NCBI GenBank assembly: GCA_044345405.1
Contig: JBIJBE010000053.1
Span: 1 to 20,604, forward strand
Origin: Bdellovibrionota bacterium
Lineage (GTDB): Bacteria; Bdellovibrionota_C; UBA2361; OMII01
Reading direction: 5' to 3'
Length of the DNA: 20,604 nt
The position numbers were made by a program, and so were the translations under genes. Shown here one piece after another: positions 15,899 through 20,604 of this stretch (its first letter is position 1; every line of letters starts with the position of its first letter). The notes under the pieces are model-generated. The model saw only the letters and a program-made list of their open reading frames with translations. It was not told where the DNA came from and did not search any database.

Positions 15899-17956
15899 TT
15901 ACCGGGATTCGTAGATCTTAACGGCGAGACGCCGTGTGTCACTACTTTCACGCCACATCAGCTTGGGAACAAACGACGCAGTCACATCTAATCGCACGAG
16001 CGCATAACCGCGGGTTTGAGATGAGGCGGTCACGGGCACGGTTACCGTAAGTTCTTCCCCCGGAGCAAGGGCGGAGTACACGGAACTCCCCCCCTCGTCA
16101 TGAAGCGTAATCGTGACCGGCACTGGCCCCGCCTCTACCGTTAAATCGAGTGTCGCCACGCTCGTTGATACTGGCCGTTCAATGACCGCTCGCTCACCAC
16201 ACCACCGATATGTCGTGCCGTTGGGTGGAGTCTCCGCCGAAAAGCAGCCAAACCGCCGCGTCTCAGCATAGAAAGCCCGGGCGTCTCCGGGCATCACAAA
16301 TTCCCAAACAAGATGCAGGGCAAAGAGCCCCACAACGACCACGGGGGAGACAAGAACTTTTCGTGAGGAGAGGTCAGAACCGCGATACGCGACAGCGGCA
16401 ACGATCCCAAGGATGGCGAAGAAAAGGAACTGTAACACCTGTACGTAGAAAACCTCCTGAACGTTCCCGTAGATCAAGAAGGCGCACCCGTAGCAGGCGC
16501 CGATCAACACGATGAGCTTATCAGAGATCGAACGACGAGCGTCTCGAAGCACACGTGGCGCTGCGGCAAGCATACAGAGCGGTATCGCCAGCAATGCAAG
16601 AAGACCGCAGATCCCCTTTCCGGAAAAAGTCTGCGCATAGACGTTGTGAGCCGAACCGTGAAGGGGCAGAACGAAACGTCCCGGGAAACGACCACGAGGA
16701 GACTCAATCTCTCGCTCGAATTGCCACGCGAACGAATCCGCCCCTCCCCCCAACACAGGATGGAGGGAGCCGATCAAGGCACCAGCTTTAAGGAAATCAG
16801 TCCGGTCACCCGTACGTTGAATATCCTTAAACCGAGACACATACGGTGACATCGCGTCTTCAACTGAGCTCTTTCCTTGAATAACAAACACAAGAAGGAG
16901 GCTCACCACGACCGTGAGAGGAAGGGAGATGAGAACCTTAACGAAAGAGCGCCGGAGCGCTCGGATTATGTCGGTCTCGTTTCGTTCCAGGAGCCTCACG
17001 ACGTAGATAGCTCCCCACACGGCGACGAGGGTTAGAGGATACGAAAGCCATCCGCCTCTCTGGTACGTAAGAATCAGAACGAATTCGCCGAGCGCGAGTG
17101 CGAGAAGGATGCATACCGCTCGTGTCCAAAATGGAAGCTTGATGGCGAGGATGATGAGACACGTTGGAATAGCGAGGGTGAGGTACTCGGCGTACCAGCC
17201 AGAATGCCCGAAGAGTGACTGCAGCCGAAATTGCTTGCCGCCAGGATTAACGATCGGATCAAGCCCGCGAAGCCACTGGAGGTCAATCAACCCATAGTAA
17301 TCAAACACACCGAGAACGAGGGAGGCGACCAGCCCCAAGAAGGCCGCGCCGAGAAAGAGATTGGGAAGCCTCTCACTATCGGACACGCACATGCGGTATA
17401 TCGCGACCCCCAACAGAAACGCCAGGGAGGTGTAGTACACCGATAGTACGCTGTAGAGTACGGTGTGCTCGCTCGTAAACACGAGTGAGTAGAAGGAGAC
17501 CGCGATTGCGGCAAGACTTTCCCGACTCGAAATATTCCTTAGATCCTCGATGACGTGTGTGACTGGAATGGAGATGAGGCTCGCAATCGAAAAAATGCAA
17601 TAGAGCAGTCCCAGAAGGATAAGGGGATTGCGAAGCTCTTCCGATGTCGGCGAGGAAAGCGAGAGGCGTTGGCCTCGACTACCTCGAACGGCGATTCCCA
17701 GAAAGAGGGAGGATCCTGCGAGGATAGAGAGAAAAGCCTGGCTCGTCCCAGGGCGATTTCCGCCGAGAGGCAGTAGAAAGAGCGAAAGGGCGCATCCTAG
17801 AGCAGGAGCGAAAAATCCGAGAGCGCCCCCTACAAGCACAACCATGACGCCGAACGGCATATAGAGATCGTAGCAAACCCCGGCGAGCGCAAAGAACACC
17901 GACCCAAGCGCGCAGAGCCAAAAGAGAAGCTGATACAGAACGGAGAAGAAACCCAT
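15899..17956 (-). CDS. O-antigen ligase / Wzy_C-family membrane protein with C-terminal soluble domain
   Basis: Many TM segments; RLQSLFGHSGWYA, LTYQRGGW, 'HPVLGGGADSF', SAHNVY. GAGGTG SD precedes ATG 17956. Confidence 0.8.
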   Translation of the reverse strand: MGFFSVLYQLLFWLCALGSVFFALAGVCYDLYMPFGVMVVLVGGALGFFAPALGCALSLFLLPLGGNRPGTSQAFLSILAGSSLFLGIAVRGSRGQRLSLSSPTSEELRNPLILLGLLYCIFSIASLISIPVTHVIEDLRNISSRESLAAIAVSFYSLVFTSEHTVLYSVLSVYYTSLAFLLGVAIYRMCVSDSERLPNLFLGAAFLGLVASLVLGVFDYYGLIDLQWLRGLDPIVNPGGKQFRLQSLFGHSGWYAEYLTLAIPTCLIILAIKLPFWTRAVCILLALALGEFVLILTYQRGGWLSYPLTLVAVWGAIYVVRLLERNETDIIRALRRSFVKVLISLPLTVVVSLLLVFVIQGKSSVEDAMSPYVSRFKDIQRTGDRTDFLKAGALIGSLHPVLGGGADSFAWQFEREIESPRGRFPGRFVLPLHGSAHNVYAQTFSGKGICGLLALLAIPLCMLAAAPRVLRDARRSISDKLIVLIGACYGCAFLIYGNVQEVFYVQVLQFLFFAILGIVAAVAYRGSDLSSRKVLVSPVVVVGLFALHLVWEFVMPGDARAFYAETRRFGCFSAETPPNGTTYRWCGERAVIERPVSTSVATLDLTVEAGPVPVTITLHDEGGSSVYSALAPGEELTVTVPVTASSQTRGYALVRLDVTASFVPKLMWRESSDTRRLAVKIYESR

Positions 17957-18203
17957 AAATACACCTCGGTCGATGCTACAAGTAATTCCGTGAGGTGGCG
18001 AGAGGGAGAGGGCGAACACCCCTCCGCTGCGATTCGCGGCTTCAACGAATCAGCATGGGAGTGGCCCTAGGAACGGAAATCACCAACCCTTTCCGTTGCT
18101 TTGAGGCTACCTTGTTTAACAATCAAACTAATTTGAACTCGTGTAGCCTCCTCCCTACCCCAAAAGAGGTTGGCTATGTTTGTGGTTCCGGTACTCTCCT
18201 CGC

Positions 18204-19259
18204 ATGAAACCTGAGTCCATTACCACGAACCTACGCGCCCCCTGGACGCCGATATCATTTCCTACGGCAACGCCTGCGCTTCCTCCAGCTGCGGCGTTCG
18301 GCATGGAAGCGCTCGTCGCCCCGACAGCTCGCGTTGGCGGGTTTCATTCGGCTAAATCTCTTCAAAGGTCTCGGAACACGGGAACCCCGGAGGGGGAGCT
18401 ACACCTCATGGCCGACCGCGAGGCGGAATCCCTTCTGGCGTGGAATCAACTAACACCAGCTTTCGCAATTCGTGTGTCTCACCATCAACTTAACTTTCTT
18501 GGACGGGCCTTCGGCGGAAATATCGTGGAGTGGCACATGAGAGGCGCTCTAGCGGCGGCTCGCGTCGTGGCGGCCTCAAGTGCACAGCTCACCTCGGTGC
18601 GGCTAAGGAAGGGCACCGTGAGCTTTACAACCCCGTTGTTTGCAGGAGACGAGGTTCGCGCCTTCGTGGACCTCGTCCCTTCGAAGCCTTTCCCCCTGCT
18701 CCAATGTCAACCCGTTACATCCACCTACCGGGTTCATCTCGTAGCGAGGCGTCCGCAAGGCTTCTCTGAGGCGCCCCTCACGATTTTGGAGGTCGGCACA
18801 TCAGAGTTTGAGGTTACACATACCCCTATCCGTCAGGATCGCCTGAGCCGCTATAAGACGTTACGTGGCTTCGATATCGGTGGAATTGTTCGGAATGATG
18901 TAGAGTCGTGCCATCACAATCCGTTCTACACAGCCCCGGCGGACGAAGGGAGCGTTCGTCGCTCGAGTCAATTAACGGCCGCGGCGGACGTTCGATTTTA
19001 CATCCTCGCGCGCGAGCTTTTGGGAGGCCATCGTGAGCACGATCCGATAGTTACCAGGAGCCTCTCATTTGAGTTTCTGGATCGAGCTTTCGAGCAGACG
19101 CCGGCCAGGGCCCCACTTAATTTTCACCTCCCCCATTCGGGCGAGATTAAGGCCGTCCATTCGAATCGGTTTATTAAACTAGGTGGAGAGATCAGGGCGG
19201 GACATGAGAACCTCGCCGCGGTGCAGGCAACGATGGTTCAACTCGGTCGCGCCTCCTAG
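18204..19259 (+). CDS. Hypothetical protein with degenerate hotdog (acyl-CoA thioesterase-like) fold(s)
   Basis: 'HQLNFLGRAFGGNIVEW' and 'VSFTTPLFAGDEV' resemble YciA-type thioesterases; weaker second unit 'AAADVRFYILARELLG...IVTRSLSFEFL'. Start uncertain. Confidence 0.55.
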   Translation: MKPESITTNLRAPWTPISFPTATPALPPAAAFGMEALVAPTARVGGFHSAKSLQRSRNTGTPEGELHLMADREAESLLAWNQLTPAFAIRVSHHQLNFLGRAFGGNIVEWHMRGALAAARVVAASSAQLTSVRLRKGTVSFTTPLFAGDEVRAFVDLVPSKPFPLLQCQPVTSTYRVHLVARRPQGFSEAPLTILEVGTSEFEVTHTPIRQDRLSRYKTLRGFDIGGIVRNDVESCHHNPFYTAPADEGSVRRSSQLTAAADVRFYILARELLGGHREHDPIVTRSLSFEFLDRAFEQTPARAPLNFHLPHSGEIKAVHSNRFIKLGGEIRAGHENLAAVQATMVQLGRAS

Positions 19260-19285
19260 TCCGCCGCCGCAAACACTCATCAAGC

Positions 19286-19322
19286 AAAAAGCCCGGCGGT
19301 ATTGCTACCGGCCGGGCTCTTC
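19286..19322. terminator. Intrinsic terminator of the atp operon, probably bidirectional
   Basis: AAAAA-GCCCGGCGGTA-ttgc-TACCGGCCGGGC-TCTT between convergent genes; gives a U5 tail on the minus strand. Confidence 0.85.
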
Positions 19323-19345
19323 GCGAGAGAACTCAGATTCCCTGC

Positions 19346-19759
19346 TTAGTGCGTCAACGTTTTCAGGGCCTGTAAGCGAGAGACCTTTTGAGAGAGAACC
19401 TCCCACGCTGGGTCGTAGAGGCTAAGTTGCTCAAGTTCCGCCTCAAGCAACGCAAGCTCATCATCCGAGACCTTGGTGACAGCGATCTCCTCAGGCTTAT
19501 CTACCGTATCAGCAAGCAACGTAAGAACGTTGTTGTTGAAGGTGCAGATACCTCCCGACACGAGACACTTCTTGGCGGAGGAGTCACCGGCATCGGTATA
19601 CTGAGTAATACCCGTCGCGATCAATCCGACATAGTCGCAGTGATTTTGGAGGAACCCAAGCTCTCCTGACTCGGAGGGAACTGTTACGTCGGAGACCATA
19701 GCCTCGACCTCAAGTCCTCGTCCGGAGAATACCTTTAATTGAAATGTACCGTCTGACAT
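19346..19759 (-). CDS. atpC: F1 ATP synthase epsilon subunit
   Basis: VTVPSESGELGFLQNH, VSGG, LTLLAD; directly downstream of atpD with an AGGGG SD-like sequence. Confidence 0.92.
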   Translation of the reverse strand: MSDGTFQLKVFSGRGLEVEAMVSDVTVPSESGELGFLQNHCDYVGLIATGITQYTDAGDSSAKKCLVSGGICTFNNNVLTLLADTVDKPEEIAVTKVSDDELALLEAELEQLSLYDPAWEVLSQKVSRLQALKTLTH

Positions 19760-19770
19760 CCCCTACCCCT

Positions 19771-20604
<834 letters not shown>

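Overview
Bacterial chromosomal segment, moderately GC-rich. Gene content is compatible with a deltaproteobacteria/Bdellovibrionota-like lineage (inference only). It runs from the 3' end of topA to the 3' end of an F-ATPase operon (atpD partial, atpC). Between them are pilD, a translationally coupled sigma54 response regulator, a TldD-family metalloprotease, an apparent pseudo-receiver/pseudo-HisKA protein, a GT87-like membrane glycosyltransferase, recJ, an RppH-like Nudix hydrolase, a PilB/GspE ATPase, a GT2, GtrA, a secreted 7-repeat RCC1 protein with a Pro/Thr linker, an O-antigen-ligase-family protein and a degenerate hotdog-fold protein. No tRNA, rRNA, CRISPR array or transposase was seen. 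The most notable items are: (i) a two-component-like protein lacking both phospho-acceptors and the ATPase domain; (ii) tandem DnaA boxes next to an AT-rich tract at 3.7-3.84 kb; (iii) two structured intergenic repeat-like elements (1.04-1.16 kb and 5.6-5.8 kb); (iv) a possible dispersed lipid-carrier glycosylation system near type IV pilus genes. All calls come from reading motifs by eye; no searches were run.
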